Shown here: positions 31,692 to 40,892 of the stretch, in pieces | Position numbering within the stretch: the first letter of the stretch is position 1 | Layout: each line of letters begins with the position of its first letter | Assembly: GCA_965223155.1 (NCBI GenBank) | Contig: CBDCVR010000013.1 | Span: 448,001-512,000, forward strand | Length of the DNA: 64,000 nucleotides | DNA from: Candidatus Multivoradales bacterium | GTDB lineage: Bacteria > Acidobacteriota > Thermoanaerobaculia > Multivoradales > JAHEKO01 | Reading direction: 5' to 3' | The notes under the pieces: generated by a model | Seen by the model: only the letters and a program-made list of their open reading frames with translations | What the model was told of the DNA's origin: nothing | Database searches by the model: none | Program-made: the position numbers and the translations under genes

Positions 31692-32546
31692 CTAGGAGGA
31701 ATACTCGTAGAAGCCGCGGCCGCTCTTGCGGCCCAGGCGCCCGGCCAGCACCATCTTCTTGAGGAGCGGCGGCGGCGCGAAGCGGGTCTCCCGGTACTCC
31801 TCGAACATGATGTTGGCGATGTAGTAGGTGGTGTCGAGGCCCACGAAGTCGAGCAAAGTGAACGGCCCCATCGGATAGCCGCAACCGAGCTGCATCGCCT
31901 TGTCGATGTCTTCGACCGAGCCGACGCCGGTCTCGTAGGCGCGGATCGCGTCCAGCAGGTAGGGCACCAAGAGCCGGTTGACGATGAAGCCCGAGTTGTC
32001 CTGGCAGGCCACCGGCTGCTTGCCAATCGCCTCAACAAAGCGAAACGCGGCATCGAACGCCTCGTCCGAGGTCATCAAGGTGCGGATCACCTCGACCAGC
32101 TTCATGACCGGAACCGGATTGAAGAAATGCAGGCCCAGGAACCAGTCTGTCCGCTCGGTCGCCATCGCCAGCTCGGTGATGGTCAGCGATGACGTATTGC
32201 TGGCGAATAGCGCCTCCGGTTTGACGATCTTGTCGAGAGCGGCGTAGGTCCGGCACTTCTCTTCGACGTTCTCGATAATCGCCTCCACGATCAGGTCGCA
32301 GTCGGCCAGGTCGCCGTCGTCGGTGGTGCCGGTCAGGCGTTCGAGGGCTCCATCCCTGGCTTCCTCGTCCAGCTTGCCCTTGGCCACCGCCCGGTCCAGG
32401 GACTTGGCGATCCTGCCCAGCCCCTTCTCCAAGAATTCCTCGTTGACCTCCCGGACGACGGTCTCGAGCCCGGCCTTGGCGGCCACTTCGGCGATGCCCG
32501 CTCCCATCAGTCCACAGCCCAGCACTCCTACCTTCTGAATCTCCAT
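31692..32546 (-). CDS. hbd: 3-hydroxybutyryl-CoA dehydrogenase
   Basis: GCGLMGAGIA, EAIIEN, SNTSSL, GLHFFNPVPVMKLVE, GFIVNRLL, GYPMGP, GRLGRKSGRGFY. Confidence 0.95.
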   Translation of the reverse strand: MEIQKVGVLGCGLMGAGIAEVAAKAGLETVVREVNEEFLEKGLGRIAKSLDRAVAKGKLDEEARDGALERLTGTTDDGDLADCDLIVEAIIENVEEKCRTYAALDKIVKPEALFASNTSSLTITELAMATERTDWFLGLHFFNPVPVMKLVEVIRTLMTSDEAFDAAFRFVEAIGKQPVACQDNSGFIVNRLLVPYLLDAIRAYETGVGSVEDIDKAMQLGCGYPMGPFTLLDFVGLDTTYYIANIMFEEYRETRFAPPPLLKKMVLAGRLGRKSGRGFYEYSS

Positions 32547-32567
32547 CGACTTGTCTCCTCGTTCCGG

Positions 32568-32984
32568 CTAGCCGGTCAGTTCCTGCATTCTGCGTTCAGA
32601 GTCCGCGCCCGCCTCGATCCTGAGACGCAGCGCGTCGGGAACCGGAAACGGCAGCTTCTCGGCCCACTCCACCACCTTGACTCCCTCGCCCGCGAGCAGC
32701 TCCTCCAGCCCCAGCGCCTCGATCTCGGCCGCCTCCACTCGGTAGAGGTCGACGTGCACGAGCCGGGCACCGGAAGCATTGTATTCGTGAATCAGGGAAA
32801 AGGAAGGCGACTGAATCTCATCCGGTTCGAAGCCCAAGCCGGCGGCGACGCCCTGCGTAAGCACGGTCTTGCCCGCGCCCATGGGGCCGGACAGGAGCAG
32901 GATGCCGTTCGGGGCGAGCTCGGCTGCGAGCTCGCCGCCCACCGCGCGCGTCTCCTCCGGGTTCGCCGCCGTCCAGGTTCTCAC
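32568..32984 (-). CDS. tsaE: tRNA threonylcarbamoyladenosine biosynthesis ATPase
   Basis: LSGPMGAGKT, QSPSFSLIHEY, HVDLYR, VVEWAE; GTG 32984 overlaps the nnr stop. Confidence 0.95.
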   Translation of the reverse strand: MRTWTAANPEETRAVGGELAAELAPNGILLLSGPMGAGKTVLTQGVAAGLGFEPDEIQSPSFSLIHEYNASGARLVHVDLYRVEAAEIEALGLEELLAGEGVKVVEWAEKLPFPVPDALRLRIEAGADSERRMQELTG

Positions 32985-34537
32985 CCGGAGCTCGCTCTGG
33001 ACAGGCTGCCCAGAGCCTCCGGCAAGGCCGCCACGACGTCCGAAGCGTTGAGCCCGATCTCGCCCAGGACGCCGGCGGCCAGATCGCCGGCCAGGCCATG
33101 CGCGAACGTGGCGACCTGCGCCGCCCTCAACGGCACCAGCCCCTGGCCTGGCAAGGCCGCGACCGTGCCGGTCAAGACGTCCCCCGTGCCACCGCTGGCC
33201 AGCCCCGGATTGCCCGTGGAATTGACGAACACGCCCCCTCCGGCTTCCGCGATCACGCTCGGCCGGCCCTTGAGGAGGACCAGGGCCCCGGTCGCCTCCG
33301 CCGCCCGCCGCGCCCAGGTCACGCGTTCCGCGCCGACCTCGGCGGTCGAGCACTCCATGAGCCGCGCCAGCTCGCCGGAATGCGGCGTCAGAATCCGCGG
33401 AGCCGGGGATCCGGCCAGCTCGTCCGCTCGACCCGCGAAAGCGTTGATGGCGTCGGCGTCCACCACCACCACTCCGTCCAACGAGCCGACGACCTCCCGG
33501 ACCACGGTGGCGGTCTCGCCCTCCAAGCCCAGTCCCGGGCCGAGCGCCACCGCGCTCTTGCCCTCGGCACTCTCCAGGATCCTCGCCGCCGCCGCCTCGC
33601 CGAGTCCGCCGCCGCCGGCTTCCGGCAGCGCCAGGGTCATGGACTCGATCGAGGCCAAGTCCACGGCGTCCCGGCACGAGGCCGGCGTGGCCACGGTAAC
33701 CAGGCCGGCGCCCGCGCGCACCGCCGCCCGGGCGGCCAGAATCGCCGCCCCGGTCTTGCCTGGAGATCCCGCAACCAGCAGGACGTGGCCGCAATCGCCC
33801 TTGTGCGCCGTCGCCGGGCGCGCCGGCAGCGCCCCGGCCACGCTGGCCTCGTCCAACCAGTGGAGATCCCCGGGAGCGGACTCGATCAGGCTCTCGGGAA
33901 TTCCCAGGTCGCTCACGTACACTCGGCCGGCGGCCCCGGCCGCCGGAAAGAAGACGTGCGCCGGCTTGAGCGCGCCCAGCGCAACCGTCGCTCGCGCCGG
34001 CAAATGCGGCCCGAACCGGGCGCTCGAGTCGCCGTTGAGGCCGCTCGCCAGATCGACCGCCACCGAGGGCGCCCTCAGACCCGCCACGGCCTCGACCAGG
34101 TCCGCGAACTGCCCGTCAAGCGGCCGCGACAATCCGGTCCCGAAGAGTGCATCGACCACCGCGTCGGCACCGGCCGCCGCCGTCACCGCGGCTTCAATGG
34201 CCTCGCCGGCCCCGATCTCGATCATCGGCCCTTGCATTCCGCCGAGAATGCGGCGCTGCATCGCGGCCTCGCCCGAGCATTTCCGGCCGCCGGTGATCAC
34301 AACGGCGGTGGCATCGACCCCGCGCACCAAGAGATGCCGGGCCACCGCCAGTCCGTCGCCACCGTTGTTGCCCGGCCCGCACAAGACCACGACGCGGCCG
34401 GCCTCCGGGAACTCCCGGTCCAGGACCTCCACCACGCCCAGAGCGGCGTTCTCCATCAGCACCGCGCCGGGTACGCCCAGCTCCTCGATGGCGGTTCGGT
34501 CCACGCCGCGCATCGCTTCGTTGGCGAGGATTCTCAT
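32981..34537 (-). CDS. nnr: Bifunctional NAD(P)H-hydrate epimerase/dehydratase (NnrE-NnrD, YjeF)
   Basis: LMENAA, CGPGNNGGDG, VDALFGTG, HKGDCG, GPGLG, LTPHSGE, GGTGDVLTG. Confidence 0.97.
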   Translation of the reverse strand: MRILANEAMRGVDRTAIEELGVPGAVLMENAALGVVEVLDREFPEAGRVVVLCGPGNNGGDGLAVARHLLVRGVDATAVVITGGRKCSGEAAMQRRILGGMQGPMIEIGAGEAIEAAVTAAAGADAVVDALFGTGLSRPLDGQFADLVEAVAGLRAPSVAVDLASGLNGDSSARFGPHLPARATVALGALKPAHVFFPAAGAAGRVYVSDLGIPESLIESAPGDLHWLDEASVAGALPARPATAHKGDCGHVLLVAGSPGKTGAAILAARAAVRAGAGLVTVATPASCRDAVDLASIESMTLALPEAGGGGLGEAAAARILESAEGKSAVALGPGLGLEGETATVVREVVGSLDGVVVVDADAINAFAGRADELAGSPAPRILTPHSGELARLMECSTAEVGAERVTWARRAAEATGALVLLKGRPSVIAEAGGGVFVNSTGNPGLASGGTGDVLTGTVAALPGQGLVPLRAAQVATFAHGLAGDLAAGVLGEIGLNASDVVAALPEALGSLSRASSG

Positions 34538-35232
34538 GCTGGAGCCAGCAGGCGCCAGGAGCGCAGGAGATCGGCGGTGGCGGGCGCCGAAACCGCTCCC
34601 AGGTTCAGGTGCTCGATCAAACGCTCGAGATCCTCGGGGCGATCGACGTCTGAGGCCTCATCCAGGAGCTCGACGCCCAGGCCCAGCTCGAGACAGCGTT
34701 CGAGAGTCGCCGCAAGGACACCGTCGGTGCTCCAGGGCACATCCTGGAAGAGGCGCCGATTCAGAACTCCCTGCCGGGCAGCGATCAGGTAGTAGCCGCC
34801 ATCCAGGGCCGGCCCGATCGCCACGTCTTCACCCTGGCGCAGCACCTCGAGCGCTCGCTCGACGGTGGCCAGCGGCAGCTCGGGATGATCGGAGCCGATC
34901 GCCGCCACCAGGGGATAGCGTTCTCCGGCGGTCCGGAGCGCGTTCCAGAGCCGGTCGCCCAGGCTCGCGCCTACCTGACGGAGGACGGGCGGATCCGCTC
35001 TCGAGAATTCGGACGGCAGTCTCGGCGGCATCTCGCCCTCGTCCAGGGCCCAGGTCAGATGCAGATCGAAGTCTCCGGGCTGCAAGCGAGCGATCAGATC
35101 GGTGACAAAGGCCCAGTGGAGCTCTGCCGCCTGCTCGGCGCTCAACCCGGCCGCCGCTTCTCCGACCAACCGGGTCTTCACCCGGCCCGGATGCGCCGGC
35201 TTGGTGAAAAGAAGAACAGCGGCGTCCTGCAC
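34534..35232 (-). CDS. DUF2064 / CofC-like glycosyltransferase-fold protein
   Basis: KPAHPGRVKTRL, QVGASLGDRL, IGSDHPEL, GPALDGGYYLI, VPWST, DVDRPEDL. Confidence 0.9.
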   Translation of the reverse strand: MQDAAVLLFTKPAHPGRVKTRLVGEAAAGLSAEQAAELHWAFVTDLIARLQPGDFDLHLTWALDEGEMPPRLPSEFSRADPPVLRQVGASLGDRLWNALRTAGERYPLVAAIGSDHPELPLATVERALEVLRQGEDVAIGPALDGGYYLIAARQGVLNRRLFQDVPWSTDGVLAATLERCLELGLGVELLDEASDVDRPEDLERLIEHLNLGAVSAPATADLLRSWRLLAPA

Positions 35233-35369
35233 GTGACGATTCTAGCGGCTCTGGGCACCGGTCCTCCGAGTACCAGGCGTGGGTCGTGGCCGGAGCGCGA
35301 CTCGGCCTCGCTCGTTCTCTCGATCCCGCGGTGCGCGGCGCACTCCCATGAGGCCGCCGTGGATGTCGG

Positions 35370-36482
35370 CTAGTGGGGGCCTGGGCCAGCCGTGCCCAGC
35401 GAGGCGTCTCCGGAGTCGCCCCCTGCCGGCGCCCGCCAGCGCCGCGCCAAGACCTCGCGGGCACCGGCCTCGCGCATCGAGAAGTTCCGCCGGCGCGAAC
35501 TCGACCCCGGCATCCACTTCCACCAGTACATCCCGGAGACGAACTCTTCGGCTTCCAGGACCTCGAGAGCGACGTCGATGAGCGCGTGGCGGAGACTCCG
35601 GGCCGACTCGGTGTCCAAAGTGGCGTACTCCCAGGGCTCCCGGGCCGCTTTCGGGTGCAGGTTGTAGCCGATCTCGGCGACCAGAACGGGCTTACCGAAG
35701 CGCTCGGACAGAGTCCGCAACCGCTGCAACGGACCGAGCCAGCCCGCCTCCAGCTCGGGCCGGCCGGGCGCCGGAGAGTCGCTCAGCGGGAAGTACGCGT
35801 GCACTCCGATCTCGTCGAGCGCGTCCCAGAACGGGACGTCCTCGATCCGATCCCAGTTCGCGGCGTAGACCAGGGTTCCGGAGTAGACCGCGCGCACCCC
35901 CGCCAGGATCCGGCGCCAGGCGGCCTCGAACTCGAGCGTCGCGTCGAGCTCCACTCCCACCGCCAGCCGCGGAAGTTCGTAACGGGCCGCAAAGCGGGCT
36001 TGATCCAGGATGAAGGCTTCGTAGTCCGCGAAGAACCGATCCCAGGCGGCCCGGTCGTCCCCGAAGTCGATCGCTCCACGCCAGGAAAACTGACCCCAGT
36101 ACCCGAGGTGCGGCTTCCAGAAGAGCTCGATGCCCGCCTCCTCGGCCAAGGCCACGGCCCGGGCCAGGAAGTCGAGCTCCTGGGCGGGACGAAACTCGAC
36201 GCGGCCGTCCCGCTTGACCCAGCCATACGGATGAATGGCGACGGCCTCGACTCCCAGCTCTCCCAGCTCGACCAGGGTTTCCCCCATCGCCGGCGAGCCC
36301 CAGATGGGACCCCAGCCCGGACACGAGACCACCATGCCCCGGTCGAAGGCATGGCTCGCGCCCGGCAGGACCGCGAGCAGAGCGACCGCGAAGACCAGGG
36401 CACCGGGCCGGGTAGCCAAAGTACCCAAGTGCAGCGGCACCGAGCTCGGCGCGAGTCGCGACACTGCCCGGAACTCCGGCAC
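35370..36482 (-). CDS. Secreted glycoside hydrolase, GH113-like TIM barrel
   Basis: Signal peptide; WKPHL, WRGAI, VGVEL (acid/base), YAANWD, IGVHAYFPL, VAEIGY (nucleophile), WWKW. Confidence 0.8.
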   Translation of the reverse strand: MPEFRAVSRLAPSSVPLHLGTLATRPGALVFAVALLAVLPGASHAFDRGMVVSCPGWGPIWGSPAMGETLVELGELGVEAVAIHPYGWVKRDGRVEFRPAQELDFLARAVALAEEAGIELFWKPHLGYWGQFSWRGAIDFGDDRAAWDRFFADYEAFILDQARFAARYELPRLAVGVELDATLEFEAAWRRILAGVRAVYSGTLVYAANWDRIEDVPFWDALDEIGVHAYFPLSDSPAPGRPELEAGWLGPLQRLRTLSERFGKPVLVAEIGYNLHPKAAREPWEYATLDTESARSLRHALIDVALEVLEAEEFVSGMYWWKWMPGSSSRRRNFSMREAGAREVLARRWRAPAGGDSGDASLGTAGPGPH

Positions 36483-36505
36483 CGAGGCTCAGCCGCCGAA
36501 GCGGC

Positions 36506-38953
36506 CTAGCCGCGCTCCTCGGGCGCCCGCCACAAGAGCGCCACCAGCTCGACGTCCACGTCCGCCCGGCGCGGCTTCACGGTCTCGGTCTCGAACTCTT
36601 CGCGTAGCGGGTCGAAGCGGTCCTCGACCGCTTCCAGCGCGCTCTCCAGCTCGGCGTTCATCTCTTCGAGCTCTTCGATGATGACGTCGATGTTCTCTTC
36701 GGCCCGCTCGACGTCTTCCTTCTCCTTCGCGGTCCGGCTCATGCCCTTGGCGGCGGTCGTCGCCCGGCCAAGGCTCGACAGGCTGAACTTCTTGGAGCCG
36801 GCAACCGCCGCCAGCAGGGCCGAGCCCATCGAGATCACGTTCTGGAGCTTCTGGCCCTTGACCTGGTCCTTCTCCTTCTCGAGCGTCTGTCGCGCCTTGC
36901 GCAACTTCTCTTCGAGGCGCTCGATCTTGGTCTCGTACTTCTCCTGCACCTCCACCTTGGCCTCGTCCCGGCGCTCGCGGGCGCGCTCTGCCAGGCGAAT
37001 CCGGAAGTCCCGCTCCGATTCCAAAGGCTCGGAGGTGGCATCGAAGGCCGGACTGTGGAGGAGATCCAGCCCGCGCGTCCGGTACAGGAAGTCCGAGAAC
37101 TCCTTCTCCCACTTCGAGAAATTTCGCGACTTGGCCGCGGCGTCCGGCACCGGAGCGAAGCGGCCGCTGTCGGGCTGGCCGCGGTCCAGATCCCGGTCCG
37201 TGATCCCAGTCTCGGTGCCGTCCTCCCAGTCGATGTCGATGACCTCGCCGCGGAGTTCGATGCCGAGCGAGATCTCCTCCTTGTGCAAGGTCCTCTTGGT
37301 GGACCGATCCACGTACTGCACGCTGCCCAGGCCCAGCAAATAGGGCCGGTACTCTGGTCTCTCGCGCCGGCTCTCGACGTGGTACTGCGGCACCGAGGGC
37401 GGCAGCGCCGGGCGCTCCAGGGCCGCCGAACGAACCGGCGCCTCGGTGGTGGCGGCCGGTGAGGGCGCCGCCGGCCCGGCCCCGGTCGCGGCCGCGCCTG
37501 CGGCGGGACTCGGGTCCGGGCTTCGGGACTCGCGCTCTGACTTGCGGTCCGCCATCAAGCGCTTGATCTGGCCGCGAGTGAGCGGACCTCGCAGATACGA
37601 CAGCACCCACCGGGTGTGAAACAGTACCGGGCCATCTTCGTGCACGTTGTGGAGCAGAAAGACACGCTTGCCCAAACCCGAGAGGACTTCCTCCATGGTC
37701 TTGCGGTCGAAGCCGCTCGCGCCGGCCCGAATGCCTTCGAGACCGTCCAGAACTCGCTCCTTGTCCCGCTCGGTCTGCAGCCGGCCCAGGAACCAGGTCC
37801 CGGTATTGGACAGTCCCTTGTAGTCCAGGTCCACCGGATTCTGGGTCGCCAGGACGACGCCCACGCCATAGGCCCGCGCCTGCTTCAGAAGGGTCAGGAG
37901 CGGCCTCTTCGACGGCGGCTCGGCCACCGGCGGCATGTAGCCGAAGATCTCGTCCATGTAGACCAGGGCGCGCAGACTGGTGGTTCCGGGACGGGACCGC
38001 ATCCAGGAAACCGTCTGGTTGAGCAGCAGCGAAACGAAGAACATGCGCTCGGCCTCGCCCAGGTGCGCGATCGAGAAGATCGCCACCCGCGGCTTGCCCT
38101 CGGGGGTATAGAGCATGTTCTGGAGGTCGAGGGCTTCGCCGGTGAGCCAGCCTTGAAACCCCGGTGCCGCCAGGAGGTTGTTGATCTGCATGGCGAGCTT
38201 GAACCGATCCTTGGAAGGAAAGAAGGAGTCCAGGTCCATGACCCCGACCTTGTCCACCTTGGGCTCCTGCACGGCGTGGATGAGATCTCCGAGCTCCAGG
38301 CTGCGGCCCGCCCGCCAGGCATCGGTGAAGATGGTCGACAACAGGATGTGCTCCCGGCTCTGGATGGGATCGGCGTTGATACCCAGGAGACCCAAGAGGC
38401 TGGTCGCCGTGGTGCCGACGCGCTCCCGCAAGAGGTCGCCATCCTCGCGGATCTGTTCCGAAGGCGCCGCGAACGACGACAGAATCGAGACCGGCAGGCC
38501 GGCGTCGCTCCCTGGCGTATAGACGGCGAAGTCGGCGGCGTCCTTCAAGCGCTGAATCCGCTCGCCGGTCTGGCCGTAGAAGCCGATCCCCTTGCGCCAA
38601 AGCTCGGCTTGCTGGGCCGCGAACTCGTCCGGGGTCATGTCCTTGCGCGCGGCGTCGTCCTCGTTGATCCAAGGTCGGAAGTCTTCGGGCGCCAGATCCG
38701 GAAAGGTCAAGAGAAGGTTCGAGAGATCGCCCTTGGGGTCGATCACCACGGCCGGAATGCCGTCGATCGCGGCTTCCTCCAAGAGCCCGATGCACAGGCC
38801 CGTCTTGCCGCTCCCGGTCATGCCCAGGCAGACCGCGTGGGTCACTAGATCCTTCGAGTCGTAGAGCAACAGCTCGTCCTGCTCCTTGCCCGCCTCGAGA
38901 TCGTAGTGCTTGCCGAGGTAAAACGAACCCAGCTTTTCAAACGTCTCCATCAA
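36506..38953 (-). CDS. HerA/FtsK-like (DUF87-type) P-loop ATPase with C-terminal coiled coil
   Basis: Walker A GMTGSGKT, IDPKGD, Walker B LVYMDE, LLKQARAYGVGVVLATQNPVDLDYK. Confidence 0.88.
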   Translation of the reverse strand: MMETFEKLGSFYLGKHYDLEAGKEQDELLLYDSKDLVTHAVCLGMTGSGKTGLCIGLLEEAAIDGIPAVVIDPKGDLSNLLLTFPDLAPEDFRPWINEDDAARKDMTPDEFAAQQAELWRKGIGFYGQTGERIQRLKDAADFAVYTPGSDAGLPVSILSSFAAPSEQIREDGDLLRERVGTTATSLLGLLGINADPIQSREHILLSTIFTDAWRAGRSLELGDLIHAVQEPKVDKVGVMDLDSFFPSKDRFKLAMQINNLLAAPGFQGWLTGEALDLQNMLYTPEGKPRVAIFSIAHLGEAERMFFVSLLLNQTVSWMRSRPGTTSLRALVYMDEIFGYMPPVAEPPSKRPLLTLLKQARAYGVGVVLATQNPVDLDYKGLSNTGTWFLGRLQTERDKERVLDGLEGIRAGASGFDRKTMEEVLSGLGKRVFLLHNVHEDGPVLFHTRWVLSYLRGPLTRGQIKRLMADRKSERESRSPDPSPAAGAAATGAGPAAPSPAATTEAPVRSAALERPALPPSVPQYHVESRRERPEYRPYLLGLGSVQYVDRSTKRTLHKEEISLGIELRGEVIDIDWEDGTETGITDRDLDRGQPDSGRFAPVPDAAAKSRNFSKWEKEFSDFLYRTRGLDLLHSPAFDATSEPLESERDFRIRLAERARERRDEAKVEVQEKYETKIERLEEKLRKARQTLEKEKDQVKGQKLQNVISMGSALLAAVAGSKKFSLSSLGRATTAAKGMSRTAKEKEDVERAEENIDVIIEELEEMNAELESALEAVEDRFDPLREEFETETVKPRRADVDVELVALLWRAPEERG

Positions 38954-38962
38954 CCGTCTCCT

Positions 38963-39002
38963 TGCTCCGCTGCTCCACTGCTCTGCTGCTTCGCTTCTCC
39001 AC
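38963..39002. repeat. Degenerate 8-bp tandem repeat, five units (TGCTCCRC)
   Basis: tgctccgc tgctccac tgctctgc tgcttcgc ttctccac, abutting the SD of the ATPase gene. Confidence 0.75.
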
Positions 39003-39085
39003 TTGCTCGGATACCTGGCCGGCTACCGCGCCGACCGCGCCCCGCCGGCCGATTCTAGAACGCCGGCGCCTCGGCTACGCCGGAC

Positions 39086-40363
39086 CTAGCGATCCCAGGC
39101 CGAGGGATCCAGCGCGTACGGCAGCGGCGTCAGCGTCTCGAGGCCCTCGGCGCTCACGAGGAAGAGATCCTCGAGCCGCACTCCCCAGCCGCGATCCGGG
39201 TCATACAGACCCGGTTCCAGGGTGATGACGTCGCCGGGCTCGAGCCTGGCGGCCTCCGGGAACGGCTGTTCGAAGCGCTCGGGATCGCGAAATGTGGGCG
39301 GCTCGTGAAGCTCGTATCCAACGCCATGGCCGAGACCGTGGACGTACCCCACCCGAGTGCCGGCATGGCTGCGCCCGGTTTCGTGGCCGGCCGCCTCGAA
39401 ACGGTCACAGGCCAGCTCGTGCAGCGCGAACCCCTGAATCCCGGATGACGCCGACGCGACCACGTCCTCCAGCACTTGCCGGCAGAGCGCGTGTGCCGCC
39501 GCCAGCTCATCCGGCGGCGTGCCCACACAAAAGGTCCGGGTGCAGTCGGCGAAAAGACCCGCCGCCGGGAAGAGATCCACCAGCACCGCTTCGCCCGCTC
39601 GGACCACCCGCTCGTCTTCGCCGGCGCTGTGAGGCACGCCGGCCTCGGGGCCACAGGCGACGATGTTGCCGTGGGGTTGCTCAAGTCCATGCCTCGCCAG
39701 CTCGACCGCGATCTCCCGGCGCAAACGTCCGACCCGGAGCGGCTCGTTTCGGTGGACCAGGTCTCCGTGCGCTCCGATCCGGGCGTCCGCTAGACAACGC
39801 GCGGTGCGCTCGAACGCGGCGCAGGCGCCGCGCGCGCTTGCGCGGATCGCAGCCAGCTCACTCGAGGTCTTGGTCTTGCGGGCTGCCAGCACCGCCGGCC
39901 TACCGTCATGGCACGAGTAACCCGCCCGACTGAGAGCGCTCCCCAGCTCGTAGGCAAGGGCGGCAGGCAGCCGGCCTGCCAGAGCCAGCGGCCCGGCCAC
40001 GACCTCCCGGGAGGCCAGCGCGGCCAGCACCGCCCGGCACCAGCGCTCGGTCTCGGTCCGCGCCGCAGCCGGGCTGGATCCTGCCGGAGATCCGGTCTTC
40101 CGAGCGAGTTCGCGCGGGCCCAGAAGCTCGAAACCGGTCGCGGCCGCTTCGTCCCGCTCCATGTCCACGAAGAAGCCCAGGAGCGGCGCGCCGTGACGCG
40201 GCCACACCAGCAGGCACTCACCTAGATGGGCGGAGCCCACGAACGGCGCCAGGTCGGGGTCCCGCCCCGACGCCGCCAGAATCACCAGAGCCTCGCTCCC
40301 AGCCCGATCCAGGGCAGAAGCGAGGCTCTCGGCTCGGGCCCCGAATCCGCGGGGCCCGCTCAA
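39086..40363 (-). CDS. Xaa-Pro aminopeptidase, M24 family
   Basis: PH, VDLFP, FADCTRT, HGLGHGVG..LHEPP, TLEPGLY, GVRLED. TTG start at 40363 is inferred. Confidence 0.9.
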   Translation of the reverse strand: MSGPRGFGARAESLASALDRAGSEALVILAASGRDPDLAPFVGSAHLGECLLVWPRHGAPLLGFFVDMERDEAAATGFELLGPRELARKTGSPAGSSPAAARTETERWCRAVLAALASREVVAGPLALAGRLPAALAYELGSALSRAGYSCHDGRPAVLAARKTKTSSELAAIRASARGACAAFERTARCLADARIGAHGDLVHRNEPLRVGRLRREIAVELARHGLEQPHGNIVACGPEAGVPHSAGEDERVVRAGEAVLVDLFPAAGLFADCTRTFCVGTPPDELAAAHALCRQVLEDVVASASSGIQGFALHELACDRFEAAGHETGRSHAGTRVGYVHGLGHGVGYELHEPPTFRDPERFEQPFPEAARLEPGDVITLEPGLYDPDRGWGVRLEDLFLVSAEGLETLTPLPYALDPSAWDR

Positions 40364-40409
40364 GAGGGACCGGTGGGCACGCGCGTCCGCCTCCCGGTCA
40401 TCGGCTCCC

Positions 40410-40736
40410 TCAAGAGTTGCGGTCCAGGAAGTCGACGAACGCCCCCTTGGGCATTGCGCCGACCATGCGATCCGCGACCTGGCCGTCCTTGAACAGGACA
40501 AACGCCGGAATGCTCGACACGTTGAACTGCATCGCCAGCTCCTGGTTCTGGTCCACGTTCAACTTGGCGATCTGGACCTTGTCCTGCTCGCCCGCCAGCT
40601 CGTCCAGAACCGGCGCCACCATCCGGCACGGCCCACACCACTCGGCCCAGAAGTCCACCAGGACGGGCTTGTCCGAGTTGAGTACCTGCTGTTCGAAATT
40701 GTCGTTGTTGAGCTCCAGAATTGCCTCGCTTGCCAT
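40410..40736 (-). CDS. trxA: Thioredoxin
   Basis: PVLVDFWAEWCGPCR, SIP, FKDGQ. Confidence 0.98.
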   Translation of the reverse strand: MASEAILELNNDNFEQQVLNSDKPVLVDFWAEWCGPCRMVAPVLDELAGEQDKVQIAKLNVDQNQELAMQFNVSSIPAFVLFKDGQVADRMVGAMPKGAFVDFLDRNS

Positions 40737-40806
40737 CTACCTGTCTCTCTTTCTCTCGAAATTGCTTCTGCGAAGAACCCGACCGGCCCTTGCCCTGCCC
40801 TAGTGC

Positions 40807-40834
40807 CAACACGGCGGACGGGGAAGGAATTCCC
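40807..40834 (-). promoter_or_regulatory. SigR/SigH-type ECF promoter upstream of trxA
   Basis: GGGAAT-N18-GTTG, about 70 nt upstream of the trxA ATG. Confidence 0.6.
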
Positions 40835-40892
40835 GGCGCGGCAGCCCCTGCCGGCCCTCCGGAGCGGGGCCCGGATCGCGACGCAGCCTACC

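Noticed and set aside
32754-35105. Long antisense or alternate-frame ORFs (also 5890-7611, 18903-20693, 36489-38795, 42081-44153)
   Set aside because: Shadows of motif-supported genes, expected in high-GC DNA; Arg/Pro/Ala-rich with no recognisable motifs.
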